Assembly (NCBI GenBank): GCA_963718615.1
Contig: OY970368.1
Coordinates: 896,001-960,000 of the forward strand
Length of the DNA: 64,000 nt
Direction: 5' to 3'
Source of the DNA: an uncultured cyanobacterium
Lineage (GTDB): Bacteria; Cyanobacteriota; Cyanobacteriia; PCC-9006; JAAUQQ01
Part shown: one piece after another, positions 30,681-41,949 of the stretch
How the letters are laid out: every line of letters begins with the position of its first letter
Numbering within the stretch: the first letter of the stretch is position 1
Notes under the pieces: generated by a model
What the model saw: only the letters and a program-made list of their open reading frames with translations
Told to the model about the DNA's origin: nothing
Databases searched by the model: none
Program-made: the position numbers and the translations under genes

Positions 30681-32105
30681 GTGCTGGTGATTCAGTGCCA
30701 CTCGTCTCAACTCTATCTACAAGCGTATCAATCCCAACAGAGAGGCCCCTTGAATTCATCGAAGCATTATTCGTCGAAACCCTCTCTGTCCAGCGTCGAG
30801 GGAGCCGTCACTTCTAGCAGTCCACGACCGTCCCAGGTTCAACGATGGTTTTGGCAAATTGCTTGTACGACCTGCGCGATCGTCTCTGCCTCAGCAGGGC
30901 TGGCGGCCTCCCTATGGTTGCCGGATCCGACTCAAGCGATCGCAACGGGCCAAGGGGAAGAACTGGCGACGGCCAATGGATTTATGAGCCCGATCGCCCG
31001 TCCGATCAATGTTTTGGTCATGGGTGTGGACCGTGTGCCGGAGGCAGAGCCGGGTTCGCCTGAAAGTTTTACCGGGCGCAGTGACACCCTGCTTCTACTG
31101 CATCTCGATCCGCGTCAAGAGGCGGTCTCTGTACTCTCAATTCCCCGAGATACTCAGGTTGAGGTGCCTAACTACGGGCTAACCAAAATTAATCATGCCA
31201 ACTGGATGGGGGGACCCGCTCTCATTCGCTCGGTTCTCCAGCATAACTTTAATGATGTGCCGGTGGATCGCTACATTCGCGTGAACACCGGGGCGTTTCG
31301 CGAAATTGTGGATGCCGTTGGCGGGGTGCGAGTCTTTGTGCCCAAGCCCATGCAATACACCGATAATACCCAGGGCCTCAAAATTGACCTCGCAGAAGGT
31401 TGGCAGACGTTGAATGGGGATCAGGCGGAGCAGTTTGCTCGGTTTCGTCATGATGAGTACGGGGATATTGGCCGGGTTCAGCGGCAGCAAACGCTGCTCA
31501 AGGCACTGCGCAAGCGATTGACCCAGCCAACCATCGTGGCGCGGGTACCGCAATTGCTAGATATTTTTGGCCGCTATGTCGACACCAATCTTTCTTCTGA
31601 AGAAATGTTGGCGCTAGTGCGGTTTGGACTGAAGCTAACGCCGGAAGAGCTCAAAATGGTGATGTTGCCCGGTCGTGCCAGTGAGGTGGGCGAGTTTAAC
31701 GCCAGCTATTGGCTGATGGATGAGGACAAACGCGATCAGATTCTGGCGGATTATTTTGACACGAAGGCGATCGCCCGCACCTACACCGGCTGGGATGACG
31801 TCTCGACGGAGCGATCGCCCTACGATATCCGCATCGCCGTTCAAAATGCCTCCTTGGAAGAAGACCAGGGCTACCGCATGGCCGAGTCTCTGCGGGAATT
31901 GGGCTTTAGCGATGTCTACGTGGTGGATGATTGGCCCGATATCAATTCCAACACCGAAATTATTGTTCAGCAGGGTGATCTGAAAGCGGCGGATCTGGTG
32001 CGCGATCGCCTCGGGCTCGGTCAGGTGGATTCTGCCTCCACTGGCGATCTAGAATCTGAGATTACAGTACGGGTAGGCTCAGACTGGCATCCGCCGACCT
32101 GGTAA
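30681..32105 (+). CDS. LCP (LytR-CpsA-Psr) family protein with LytR_C domain
   Basis: GRSDTLLL, LSIPRDT, KINHA, ARFRHD..DIGRVQRQQ; start uncertain. Confidence 0.9.
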   Translation: MLVIQCHSSQLYLQAYQSQQRGPLNSSKHYSSKPSLSSVEGAVTSSSPRPSQVQRWFWQIACTTCAIVSASAGLAASLWLPDPTQAIATGQGEELATANGFMSPIARPINVLVMGVDRVPEAEPGSPESFTGRSDTLLLLHLDPRQEAVSVLSIPRDTQVEVPNYGLTKINHANWMGGPALIRSVLQHNFNDVPVDRYIRVNTGAFREIVDAVGGVRVFVPKPMQYTDNTQGLKIDLAEGWQTLNGDQAEQFARFRHDEYGDIGRVQRQQTLLKALRKRLTQPTIVARVPQLLDIFGRYVDTNLSSEEMLALVRFGLKLTPEELKMVMLPGRASEVGEFNASYWLMDEDKRDQILADYFDTKAIARTYTGWDDVSTERSPYDIRIAVQNASLEEDQGYRMAESLRELGFSDVYVVDDWPDINSNTEIIVQQGDLKAADLVRDRLGLGQVDSASTGDLESEITVRVGSDWHPPTW

Positions 32106-32260
32106 TATCCCACCTGTCGCGTTCAGCGGGTCCTGGGGGATTAATAAGTAAACCGAAATTCATTCGACTCAGGGTCAGACGACTCAGGGTCAGACGGTGC
32201 TTCTACCTGAAAGGTCTGCTCTAAGGCCCGCACCTCATCTGTTCTTGACGCTTTGCCCCC

Positions 32261-32992
32261 ATGACCTACAGCCTACGCGTTGCAGATTTGCCCGCAGCCG
32301 AACGCCCTCGCGAACGCCTGATGGAAGAAGGAGCCCGTGCTCTGGCGACGGCAGAACTGCTGGCGATTCTGCTGGGTACCGGTCAAGGACCCGGTAAGCT
32401 TTCCGCCCTTGGACTGGGCAACTACATCTTGCATACGCTGGCTCAAAATCAACAGGATCCGCTGGCGGTGTTGCGTCAGGTTTCTTTGGCGGAGCTGACC
32501 TCCATTGTGGGCGTTGGCCCCGCAAAGGCCTGCTCGATTCTGGCAGCAGTGGAGTTGGGCAAGCGGGTATTTTTGGCCCGTCCGCTCGATCGCCTACCCT
32601 TAGAAAGTCCGGAGGCTGCTGCGCTCTATCTGACGCCAGATTTGATGTGGGAAAGCCAAGAGCATTTTGCGGTGCTGTTGCTGGATATCAAAAATCGCCC
32701 CATTGGCACTCGCATCGTTTCCATTGGCACCGCCACCGAAACCTTGGCCCATCCCCGCGAGATTTTCCGCACGCTGATTCGCCAAGGGGCAACCCGCGCC
32801 ATCATTGCCCACAACCATCCCTCTGGCAGCACAGACCCCAGTCCCGAGGATCTGGCCCTCACGCGACAGTTGCTCCAAGCCGCTCAAATTCTTTCACTTC
32901 CGTTGCTGGATCATCTGATTCTCGGCGGTGGACAGTTCACCAGTTTGCGCCAAACAACCCACCTCTGGGAGGACTATCCCCAAGAGGGCTAA
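32261..32992 (+). CDS. radC: RadC family JAB-domain protein
   Basis: [41 protein letters not shown]. Confidence 0.95.
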   Translation: MTYSLRVADLPAAERPRERLMEEGARALATAELLAILLGTGQGPGKLSALGLGNYILHTLAQNQQDPLAVLRQVSLAELTSIVGVGPAKACSILAAVELGKRVFLARPLDRLPLESPEAAALYLTPDLMWESQEHFAVLLLDIKNRPIGTRIVSIGTATETLAHPREIFRTLIRQGATRAIIAHNHPSGSTDPSPEDLALTRQLLQAAQILSLPLLDHLILGGGQFTSLRQTTHLWEDYPQEG

Positions 32993-33025
32993 GTCAGCCG
33001 CTGTTTACATCTTTGACTTCAGGGT

Positions 33026-33478
33026 CTAAAGCATTTGAAACTGAGGATTGCTCCGCAAGCCAGAGACCTGGAAATTCCAGAGCCCTTCCATGAGCAGAGG
33101 GTCGTTAGTCTGGATTAAAGACGTGTCGAGCAGGAGAGCAACGTAATATTCCTGTTGTCGCAGAATAAAAGCGGTATGGGCTTCACACAACACCTTGGCG
33201 TAGTGAAAGTTTTCCAGATTTAGCGTCGACATCAACAACCAGCGCAGACCCAGAACCTGAAAAACGGTCTTTTCCCACAGCAAAGGTTCTGAAGCCTGGG
33301 AAACAAAATACTCCTGAGGCAAACCATTCCAATCAAAAATCACGGCTCCCACGATCGCATCTTCAAAGGTGCTGGGTGGGGAAAGGCAACTCCCAGGTTC
33401 AAAGACCCCCGCAGAACTAGAGCAGAGTGGCATCGCCATAGGCCAAGAATAGAGAGGACAGAAATAACAAAAATACAA
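33026..33478 (-). CDS. Hypothetical protein
   Basis: 150-aa ORF filling the gap (IVGAVIFDWNGLPQEYF..YYVALLL); start probably later at MAMP. Confidence 0.6.
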   Translation of the reverse strand: MYFCYFCPLYSWPMAMPLCSSSAGVFEPGSCLSPPSTFEDAIVGAVIFDWNGLPQEYFVSQASEPLLWEKTVFQVLGLRWLLMSTLNLENFHYAKVLCEAHTAFILRQQEYYVALLLDTSLIQTNDPLLMEGLWNFQVSGLRSNPQFQML

Positions 33479-33527
33479 AAATAAGGACAGTATGCCCCGC
33501 TTTAAGATGCCCGACCCTGAGGACGAA

Positions 33528-34283
33528 CTAAAACTGCGGGGGTAGAAAATTATGCTTTAAGCTTTTCTCGAAACTTTGCTCTGAACTTTGCTCTGAACGC
33601 CATGCGGCAGGCACATCTACCTGTCCTTGCGCTTCGCATTCGAAGGCTTGGGTTTGCCAAGTCTTGAGATCCATCTCCGATAGACGATGTAGTCCTAAAC
33701 AACGAGGCTGATAGACCTGGCTAACGACCATCCAGCCAAAACCGCGCAACCAATCCAAACCTGTTTTGATCCAGGATTCTCGATTGCCAGGACGTCCAGT
33801 CTCTGCCACTTGCACCGGTGAAACCCAAATGCCCTGTCCCCCTAAAATAATTCGCCCCAATCCCACCGCCCGCGCAGTGTGTGATCCTGAGGTTACTAAC
33901 TGGAGATGGCGAACGCCCCAAGCGTTGAGGGTGGCAGTGCTAAACCGATAATTGCCCAAGGTGGACTGGGCACAGGGCTCAATCCATACCTGCTCCATTG
34001 GAGCATGGGATCGCCGAAAAATCAGCCAAATACAAGGCTCTGCCGAACCCGCAGAAATTAAAATGGGCCGTTCAGGAAACTGTTGGGCTAGCTGCGCTGC
34101 ATAGATTTCGCGGCGGATACTGCCGCCTAGGACTAAGACCCCATCAATCGGCTGCCGTGCGGCTTGGACCAGGGCCAAGCCTTGATGGGCGCTCCAAAAT
34201 AACAGACAACCCAGCAAGAGACCGAGGAGCAATCGCGGCCCCGTCTTCCTACGCTCAATCTTTGGTTGCTTACTCAATCCCAC
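33528..34283 (-). CDS. YdcF/DUF218 family protein
   Basis: N-terminal TM, VLVLGGSIRRE, AQSTLGN, LVTSGSHTARA. Confidence 0.88.
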   Translation of the reverse strand: MGLSKQPKIERRKTGPRLLLGLLLGCLLFWSAHQGLALVQAARQPIDGVLVLGGSIRREIYAAQLAQQFPERPILISAGSAEPCIWLIFRRSHAPMEQVWIEPCAQSTLGNYRFSTATLNAWGVRHLQLVTSGSHTARAVGLGRIILGGQGIWVSPVQVAETGRPGNRESWIKTGLDWLRGFGWMVVSQVYQPRCLGLHRLSEMDLKTWQTQAFECEAQGQVDVPAAWRSEQSSEQSFEKSLKHNFLPPQF

Positions 34284-34609
34284 TTTGTCCTGAAGAACCC
34301 TTGTAAGGCTTGGAAAGAAACAAAACAGGGCACGCGGGAACCAATCCCAGAACTGTCACACCTCCCCCGCTGTCCGCGAACCCATCATTGGATAGTCTAA
34401 AAACGAACCCCTGATAGGGCGTGCGTTCCCGTGAGAGACAGCGAAGCTCCATTACTCCCAATCCTCTGCTCCCAACCCTTCCCCGCTCCAAACCCTCCCC
34501 CGCTTCCGTAATCGGGGATTACAATTTCTATCATTAGCCATTTAGCCACTTCTATATTTCCCAAATTTCTCAATCGTTGCGTTGACCCCTTGCTGCCGCT
34601 GGAGATTTC

Positions 34610-35899
34610 ATGAAGCTATTGACATCCTTACCCCCTGTTCAGGCCCTGTTCTTTGGAAGTGCGATCGCCACAACCTTTGCGCTTTCTCTCGTTGGCCCCG
34701 GCGTGGGCAATGTCGTCCGGGCAGCGTGGCAGGATAGCCCGAAGGCCCTAGTTGACCAAGCTTGGCAAATCGTTAACCAGGAGTATGTAGATCCAACCTT
34801 TAATCAACAAGATTGGCAGCAGGTCCGTCGCGACCTCCTGGGCCGGGAATATGCCTCTCAGCAAGATGCCTATAAAGCCCTGAGCCAAGCCATTGGCAAG
34901 ATCGGCGACAAGTATACTCGCTTCATGGATCCGCAGCAGTATGCGGCCCTGACGGATCAGACCTCGGGCGAGCTTTCTGGGGTAGGTATGCGTCTCTCGT
35001 TGGATCCGAAAACGGAAGTCTTGACCGTCGCAGCCCCCATTAAGGATTCCCCCGCCATGACGGCAGGGATCAAAGCGGGAGACCAGATCCTCATGATTGA
35101 TGGCCGCTCCACCCGCAATATGACCGTGGAGGAAGCGGCGGAGCTGATTCGTGGTAAAGAGGGTACCTCAATCAAAATTAAGTTTTCCCGCGATGGGCGT
35201 CCGTTTGAGCGGCAGATCACCAGGGCAAGGATCGAGATTCCCAGCGTGCAATACAGCCTTCAGCAGGAAGAGGGCAATCGGATTGGCTACATTCGCCTGA
35301 GCCAGTTCACCGCCCATGCGGCGCAGGAAATGCAGTCTGCGATTAAGGATCTTAATAGCCAGGGTGCAGACGCTTTTGTTCTGGATTTGCGGGGGAATCC
35401 TGGGGGCTTGCTCTATTCCAGTCTCGACATTGCTCGGATGTGGATCCAAGACGGCGAAATTGTCAAAACCGTCGATCGGGATGCAAAGGATGAACATATT
35501 ACGGCCAACCGCACAGCGCTGACCGATCGCCCCTTGGCGGTTCTGGTGGATAAAGGTTCGGCCAGCTCCAGCGAAATTTTGTCGGGCGCGCTCCAAGACA
35601 ACCAGCGGGCGACGATCGTGGGTACGCATACCTTTGGCAAAGCCTTGGTCCAATCCCTCCATCCTTTGGCTGATGGCTCGGGTCTGGCGGTGACGATCGC
35701 CCACTACTACACCCCCAACGGCACCGACATCAGTCAAACAGGGATTGCGCCGGATGTGGAAGTTAAGCTGAGCGAAAATCAACAGCAGGCTCTGGCCAAT
35801 AATCCCGATGATATTGGTACAGTTAAGGATCCCCAGTATGCCTCGGCCATTGCGGTGCTTGCGAAGCAGATCCGCCCGAATGTTTATACTCAGCGTTGA
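34610..35899 (+). CDS. Carboxyl-terminal processing protease (S41, CtpA/CtpB family)
   Basis: PDZ domain, LDLRGNPGGLL, SASSSEILSGALQD, TFGKALVQS. Confidence 0.94.
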   Translation: MKLLTSLPPVQALFFGSAIATTFALSLVGPGVGNVVRAAWQDSPKALVDQAWQIVNQEYVDPTFNQQDWQQVRRDLLGREYASQQDAYKALSQAIGKIGDKYTRFMDPQQYAALTDQTSGELSGVGMRLSLDPKTEVLTVAAPIKDSPAMTAGIKAGDQILMIDGRSTRNMTVEEAAELIRGKEGTSIKIKFSRDGRPFERQITRARIEIPSVQYSLQQEEGNRIGYIRLSQFTAHAAQEMQSAIKDLNSQGADAFVLDLRGNPGGLLYSSLDIARMWIQDGEIVKTVDRDAKDEHITANRTALTDRPLAVLVDKGSASSSEILSGALQDNQRATIVGTHTFGKALVQSLHPLADGSGLAVTIAHYYTPNGTDISQTGIAPDVEVKLSENQQQALANNPDDIGTVKDPQYASAIAVLAKQIRPNVYTQR

Positions 35900-35938
35900 T
35901 ACTCAATGCGTTGATACTCGTTGATACTTCCTCAGTTC

Positions 35939-37243
35939 ATGACTGCATCGACCTCCCTGTCTCGCTCCCTGCCGGAATTAGCCCAGGCAACCCGAATGGC
36001 CGCCCAGCAGCTTGCAGGGTTGCCTACAGACGCCAAAAACCAAGCCATTGAGGCGATCGCCCAAGCCCTCGAAGCGGCCCAAACCGAGATCTTGGCGGCG
36101 AACCAAGCCGACTGCCAAGCCGCTGAGGCCGATGGCATTGCCCCGGCGCTCTATGCTCGGCTGAAGCTGGATACTGCAAAGCTCAAAGGGGCGATCGCCG
36201 GGGTGCGGGATGTGGGTCGATTGGCGGATCCCGTGGGCCAAGTGCAAATTCAGCGGCGGCTGGATGAGGGCCTGGTGCTGCGGCGGCTCTCCTGCCCAGT
36301 GGGGGTGTTGGGCGTGATTTTTGAGGCACGGCCCGATGCGGTGATGCAGATTGCCGCTTTGGCGATCAAGTCGGGGAATGGAGCGATTCTCAAGGGCGGT
36401 CGGGAGGCGGTGCGTTCCTGTCAGGCGATCGTCCAGGCGATTCAAGCGGGGTTAGCCCAGAGTGACGTGGACCCAGCGGTGATTCAATTGCTGACCAGTC
36501 GCTCGGAAATTGCTGAACTGCTGAAGCTAGAGCAAGATGTGGATTTGATTATCCCTCGGGGCTCCAACGCCTTTGTGCGCTACGTTCAGGAAAATACGCA
36601 GATTCCCGTTTTGGGCCATGCGGATGGCATTTGTCATCTCTATTTGGATGGGGCGGCGGATGCGGAAAAGGCGGTGGCGATCGCCGTTGATGCCAAAACC
36701 CAATACCCCGCAGCCTGCAACGCCATCGAAACGCTGCTGGTCCATGAATCCCTGGTGACCTCAATCTTGCCCCCGGTGGCCCAGGCGCTGCAAGCGGCCC
36801 AGGTGATGCTCAAGGGCGATGCCCGTTGTGTGGAGATCCTAGGGATCGCAGCGGCCACGCCGGAGGACTGGGGGACGGAATATAGTGATTTGGTGCTTTC
36901 CATCAAGCTGGTGGCCTCCTTGGACGAGGCGATCGCCCACATCAATCACTACGGCTCGCACCATACCGATGCCATCGTCACCGAAGACCCAGCCGCTGCC
37001 GATCGGTTCTTGGCCCAGGTCAATAGCGCTGGGATCTACCACAACTGCTCAACCCGGTTTGCCGACGGCTTTCGCTACGGCTTCGGAGCCGAGGTGGGCA
37101 TTAGCACCCAGAAGCTTGCACCACGGGGGCCGGTGGGACTGGAGGGGCTAGTGACGTACAAATATCAACTGGTCGGCGCAGGGCACATTGCAGCGACCTA
37201 CAGCGGTGCCCAGGCCAAAGCCTTTTTGCACGAGGATTTCTGA
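35939..37243 (+). CDS. proA: Gamma-glutamyl phosphate reductase
   Basis: [58 protein letters not shown]. Confidence 0.96.
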   Translation: MTASTSLSRSLPELAQATRMAAQQLAGLPTDAKNQAIEAIAQALEAAQTEILAANQADCQAAEADGIAPALYARLKLDTAKLKGAIAGVRDVGRLADPVGQVQIQRRLDEGLVLRRLSCPVGVLGVIFEARPDAVMQIAALAIKSGNGAILKGGREAVRSCQAIVQAIQAGLAQSDVDPAVIQLLTSRSEIAELLKLEQDVDLIIPRGSNAFVRYVQENTQIPVLGHADGICHLYLDGAADAEKAVAIAVDAKTQYPAACNAIETLLVHESLVTSILPPVAQALQAAQVMLKGDARCVEILGIAAATPEDWGTEYSDLVLSIKLVASLDEAIAHINHYGSHHTDAIVTEDPAAADRFLAQVNSAGIYHNCSTRFADGFRYGFGAEVGISTQKLAPRGPVGLEGLVTYKYQLVGAGHIAATYSGAQAKAFLHEDF

Positions 37244-37247
37244 GGCG

Positions 37248-37604
37248 GTGGACTACCTAGAAGTCAAAGGCATTCGTTGCTACGGCTATACCGGCTACTT
37301 TCCCGCCGAGAATGAGCTGGGCCAGTGGTTTGAAGTGGATTTAAGGTTTGGCTTAGATCTGTCCTGCGCCGCCCAATCCGATGCGCTTGACGATGCGTTG
37401 GATTATCGCCAGGTGATTGATCAAGTACAGACGTTGGTCCGAACTCAGGTTTTCAAGACCATTGAACGGCTGGCGGGGGCGATCGCCGAAGCGCTCCTCT
37501 CCCTCAAAAAATTTGACCAGATCACCGTGCGGCTCACCAAACTCTCGCCACCCATTCCAGACTTTCTGGGATCGGTCACCGTTGAACTAACCCGCCGTTC
37601 TTAG
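37248..37604 (+). CDS. folB: Dihydroneopterin aldolase
   Basis: GIRCYGYTG..ENELGQWFEVDL, DYRQV, IERLA, LTKLSPP; GTG start at 37248. Confidence 0.92.
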   Translation: MDYLEVKGIRCYGYTGYFPAENELGQWFEVDLRFGLDLSCAAQSDALDDALDYRQVIDQVQTLVRTQVFKTIERLAGAIAEALLSLKKFDQITVRLTKLSPPIPDFLGSVTVELTRRS

Positions 37605-37627
37605 GTCCAGGGGTGATGGGCCCGTTC

Positions 37628-38755
37628 CTAGGCATAGGTTGGCTGAGCCGGGGTGAGATTAGGGCTAATCCGGCCCAACTCCAGGCTAAAAATTGAGCCT
37701 TGGGGCCGATTATTCATGACTGTGATCACGCCACCATGGGCCTCAACCGCGAGTTTGCAAAAGGCCAAGCCCAATCCGGTTTGCTTCACCCCTTGGAGAT
37801 TGAGATCCGTGGCAAATTTTTGAAATAAACGCTCCTTGAGCTGGTCGCTTACCCCTGGCCCTTGATCGCGAACACGGATATGAACGGTTTGAGGGGTGGG
37901 ATAGGCGACCTCAACAGAAATTTCGCCCCCCGGTGGAGAAAACTTGAGGGCATTACTCAACAAATTGTCCATGACTCGCCGAATCAGTAATGCATCTAGC
38001 AAGACGGTGTGAGCTGTAGCGGGAAATTCAGTGCGGAGGGTGAGCGATCGCTGCTGAGCCAGCAACCGAAAATCATCCAGGGCCTCCTGAGCCAGTCGAG
38101 CCACATCCACCGGCTGCAATTGCAAGGTCATCCGCTCCGAGCGCAATTTGGACAGCATCAAAACGCTGTCGACCATGCAGTGCAATCGCTGGATCGACGA
38201 ACTAATGCGCTGTACCTGTTTCCGCTGGGCTTCCTCGGGACAAAGACGCAGCAGCAGCTCCTGGGACATGGTCATACTCGTCAGCGGGCTGCGCAGGTCA
38301 TGAACGATCATGTGGGTCAGATCATCCTGAAGATCGATGAGATTTTGCAAGCGATCGTACTGCTGCTTGATTCGCAGCATCGAGCGAATGCGAGCCCGTA
38401 GCTCTACGCTATCAGTGGGTTTAGAAATAAAATCATCAGCCCCTGCGGCCAGACAAGCCTCCAGATCCTTACGGGAGGAGAGGGCCGTCAGCGCAATAAT
38501 CGGAATATGCTGCCACTGGGAATTGGATTTGAGGATTCGACAGATCGCCAAACCATCCAGGTCTGGCATCATGATGTCGAGCAAAATGAGATCAGGCTGA
38601 CAGTCCTTCAAGTAACTCAGCAATGCACGACCACTATCGAGAAACGCTAGCTGGTAATTTTCCTGGTAGAGCAGAATCTCTAAAATATTGAAATTTTCTG
38701 GCTGATCATCAACCACCAAGATGAGCGGTGCCATACAACACCTAACCTCCATCAA
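37628..38755 (-). CDS. Hybrid response regulator / histidine kinase (REC-HisKA-HATPase)
   Basis: ILVVDD..DLILLDIMMP..GADDFISKP; HDLRSPL; NLLSNALKF, DQGPG, TGLGLAFC. Confidence 0.93.
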   Translation of the reverse strand: MMEVRCCMAPLILVVDDQPENFNILEILLYQENYQLAFLDSGRALLSYLKDCQPDLILLDIMMPDLDGLAICRILKSNSQWQHIPIIALTALSSRKDLEACLAAGADDFISKPTDSVELRARIRSMLRIKQQYDRLQNLIDLQDDLTHMIVHDLRSPLTSMTMSQELLLRLCPEEAQRKQVQRISSSIQRLHCMVDSVLMLSKLRSERMTLQLQPVDVARLAQEALDDFRLLAQQRSLTLRTEFPATAHTVLLDALLIRRVMDNLLSNALKFSPPGGEISVEVAYPTPQTVHIRVRDQGPGVSDQLKERLFQKFATDLNLQGVKQTGLGLAFCKLAVEAHGGVITVMNNRPQGSIFSLELGRISPNLTPAQPTYA

Positions 38756-38936
38756 GCTGCACTAGAGAACAAAAAGGGAAACGGAGGAGGGGAAAGGAGC
38801 ATGATTAAACTAAGTGACTTAGCTTCCTGTATATAAACATACCCAAACCCACAAAACCAAGGGTAGGACATTCCGGAAACCGAACGTTCCGATTCTTGAA
38901 CCTGGTTTTGTGGGGTTTGCCTGGCTGGAGCAGCTC

Positions 38937-40844
38937 CTAAACCCCGACGGCAACCGCTTGGGGCTGGAACTGTTTGAGGACTCGCTCTGCCATTTGGGCC
39001 GGGGTGAGCTCTAGGTCGATCATGGACTCATTGGGTGTGGCATGGTCCACCAGGATGTCGGGGACACCGAGGCGGAAGAGCGAGACCTTGAGATGGTGAT
39101 CGAGGAAGGATTCGGCGATCGCCGAACCAAATCCCCCCATCAAACCGCCTTCTTCCAGGGTGACCACTTTGCCAATGCGCTCGGCCAAGGGCAAAATCAG
39201 TTCCTCGTCCAGGGGTTTAGCAAACCGGGCGTTCACTACCGTGGCTTCTAGGCCATGCTCGCTGAGAATTTCTGCCGTCTGAACTGCCGGATACACCATC
39301 GAGCCATAGGCAAGCAGCAAAACATCATCGCCGCTGCGCAAAATTTCGCCCTTGCCGATGGGTAGGTCTTCCCAGCCCTCTTCCATGAGCGGAACGCCGT
39401 AGCCATTGCCGCGAGGGTAGCGCATGGCGATCGGCCCATCGGTATAGTTGATTCCGGTAATCAGCATCCGCTGGAGCTCGCCTTCATCCTTGGGGGCCAT
39501 GACGACCATGTTGGGGATACAGCGCAAATAGGCAATGTCGTAGAGCCCTTGGTGGGTGGGTCCATCCGCCCCGACAATGCCTGCTCGATCAATGCAGAAG
39601 AAGACGGGAAGGTTTTGGATACAGACATCGTGGACAATTTGATCGAAGGCCCGCTGGAGGAATGTCGAGTAGATGGCGGCAACGGGGCGCATGCCTTCAC
39701 AGGCCATGCCTGCGGCGAGGGTAACGGCGTGCTGTTCGGCAATGCCCACGTCGATGTATTGCTTGGGCAAACGCTTTTGCAAAATATCGAGGCCGGTGCC
39801 CGTTGCCATGGCGGCAGTAATGGCGATAACCCGAGGATTATCCTCGGCAATTTTGGTCAGGGCTTCGCCAAAAACCTTGGAGTAGCTGGGGGGTTTGGGC
39901 TTGTTCGAGGGTTTAGATTTGCCGGTGGTGAGGTCAAAGGGAGATTGGGCGTGGTAGCCGACTTGGTCCTGTTCGGCGATCGCATACCCCTTGCCCTTCG
40001 TCGTCGCCACATGCACCAGCACCGGCCCCGGAATCTTGTGGGATTCCTTAAACGTATGGATCAGCTCTTCCAAATTGTGACCATCCACTGGACCCACGTA
40101 GGTAAAGCCCAATTCCTCAAAGACTGCGCCAACCTTAGGCACGGCCAAACGCTTCATCCCCTCCTTGACCCGCTGAAGCTCAGGAGGCAGCGTACCGCCC
40201 ACGAACGGCAATTGCTTGAACTGCTCCTCTAGATTGTCCGTGAGGAACTGCATCGGCGGGCTGAGGCGGATTTTGTTGAGATAGCGGGGAATCGCGCCGA
40301 CATTGGGCGAGATCGACATTTCGTTGTCGTTCAGGACCACCATCAGGTTGGTATGGGGCAGATGACCCGCATGGTTGATGGCTTCTAGGGCCATGCCACC
40401 GGTCAGGGCACCATCGCCGATCACCGCGACAGCTTTGAAATCTTCCCCTTTGGCATCGCGGGCGATCGCCATCCCCAACGCCGCCGAAATACTCGTAGAC
40501 GCATGCCCTGCGCCAAAGTGGTCAAAGTCGCTTTCACAGCGCTTGAGATAGCCTGCGACCCCGTTCTTTTGTCGCAGCGTCTGGAAATTTTGATAGCGTC
40601 CCGTCAAGAGTTTGTGGGGATAGGCCTGGTGACCCACGTCCCAAACCACCTTATCTCGGTCTAGATCCAGGGTTTGGTAGAGTGCGAGCGTCAGTTCCAC
40701 CACACCCAATCCCGGTCCCAAATGTCCACCGCTTGCGGCGACTGTCTCTAGATGCTTTTCCCGAATTTGGCGGGCAATCTGCTCCAGCTCATGGATAGAG
40801 AGGCCGTGGAGTTGATTGGGATGGGTCAGTTCACTTAGGTGCAT
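38937..40844 (-). CDS. dxs: 1-deoxy-D-xylulose-5-phosphate synthase
   Basis: [56 protein letters not shown]. Confidence 0.98.
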   Translation of the reverse strand: MHLSELTHPNQLHGLSIHELEQIARQIREKHLETVAASGGHLGPGLGVVELTLALYQTLDLDRDKVVWDVGHQAYPHKLLTGRYQNFQTLRQKNGVAGYLKRCESDFDHFGAGHASTSISAALGMAIARDAKGEDFKAVAVIGDGALTGGMALEAINHAGHLPHTNLMVVLNDNEMSISPNVGAIPRYLNKIRLSPPMQFLTDNLEEQFKQLPFVGGTLPPELQRVKEGMKRLAVPKVGAVFEELGFTYVGPVDGHNLEELIHTFKESHKIPGPVLVHVATTKGKGYAIAEQDQVGYHAQSPFDLTTGKSKPSNKPKPPSYSKVFGEALTKIAEDNPRVIAITAAMATGTGLDILQKRLPKQYIDVGIAEQHAVTLAAGMACEGMRPVAAIYSTFLQRAFDQIVHDVCIQNLPVFFCIDRAGIVGADGPTHQGLYDIAYLRCIPNMVVMAPKDEGELQRMLITGINYTDGPIAMRYPRGNGYGVPLMEEGWEDLPIGKGEILRSGDDVLLLAYGSMVYPAVQTAEILSEHGLEATVVNARFAKPLDEELILPLAERIGKVVTLEEGGLMGGFGSAIAESFLDHHLKVSLFRLGVPDILVDHATPNESMIDLELTPAQMAERVLKQFQPQAVAVGV

Positions 40845-41213
40845 ACTTGCCGTACCCCTTAGGGTGATTCAGTACCGATGAGTTGTTGATCGAAAGCGGG
40901 CAGCGGATACGCAGTTTGTCCGCCTCTTTTCACTCTAGTCGAAAGCGTCAGCTAGAGGGTTTTAACTGTTCTAGGTTGCAACATTCTGCAAGGCACAGTT
41001 GTAACGAAAGCGCTGAAATCACGAGGATTTGAGTGGAGGATCAAAAAAACTTCCCAAAAGCCTCCCAAAAGCCTCCCAAAACCCTTCCCAAAATACCCCA
41101 CAAAAAAGAGCCCGAACCTGGGCTCCCTGTTTCCAAGAACAAGATCAGGACAAAATTCTCTAGGCTACTGGTCGAACAGAACCGCCACCATGTCATCCCA
41201 TTACCACATCCCA

Positions 41214-41696
41214 TTACCACATGGCGCGAACGGGAGCAGCCGGAGCTGGGGGCTGGGCCGCAGGGGCCGTAGTGGCTGCAGGGGCTGGTGGGGGTGGCGG
41301 GTTTGTCGCAGCAGGGGTTGAGGGGGCTGTAGTGGCCGCAGGGGGCGTTGCTCCGGGGGTGGGATCGAGATTGCCCGTGGTGGAACCGGCTTGGGCGGTT
41401 GTGTTCTCTGTACTGGGTTGAGCGACAAAGACATCCCTGGTGTTGGGACTGGTCGTTGAACGGGTTGTCTCCGAAGTGGCAGAGGGGGTTGCTGCGTTTT
41501 GTCCCACCTGCCGTGCCCCTAGGTTGGAGGATTGGGTGGTTTGTCCATTGGCGGGAATATTCGGGACCGCCGGCAAGACCGTGGGATCTGCAACCTGGTT
41601 GGTTGAGCCCAGGCGGAAGGCAGGGACTTTGCTCAGGCCCAGAACCGCTGCAATGGCCGCGATCGCCGCGAAAATAATTGAAATCAGGTTTGCCAT
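41214..41696 (-). CDS. Membrane-anchored Pro/Thr/Ala-rich hypothetical protein
   Basis: N-terminal hydrophobic anchor, disordered body, C-terminal PVRAMW; AGAGG RBS. Confidence 0.65.
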   Translation of the reverse strand: MANLISIIFAAIAAIAAVLGLSKVPAFRLGSTNQVADPTVLPAVPNIPANGQTTQSSNLGARQVGQNAATPSATSETTRSTTSPNTRDVFVAQPSTENTTAQAGSTTGNLDPTPGATPPAATTAPSTPAATNPPPPPAPAATTAPAAQPPAPAAPVRAMW

Positions 41697-41949
41697 GGGT
41701 TGCCTCTGGACTCGCCCCGTTAATATAGCGCGATCAAAAAATCTGCTCTACGCTTTTACCCCGTTCACTTCCTGGCGTCAAGCCCAAAATCAGGCTTCTC
41801 GGGTAACAGATTCCTCCAACCTCCAACAAATTGTTTCGCCTATCCGTTTCTCCCCCAAAACCTGGATATGTTGAGACCAGACATGGCCGGAGCCCCCCTC
41901 GGGCAGCGCCCTGTCTTGACGGAATGCTCTCGATTTTTTCGCTAGACTC

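Noticed and set aside
32261-32992. radC as a mobile-element marker
   Set aside because: Full-length chromosomal form with the N-terminal HhH region, in a core context.
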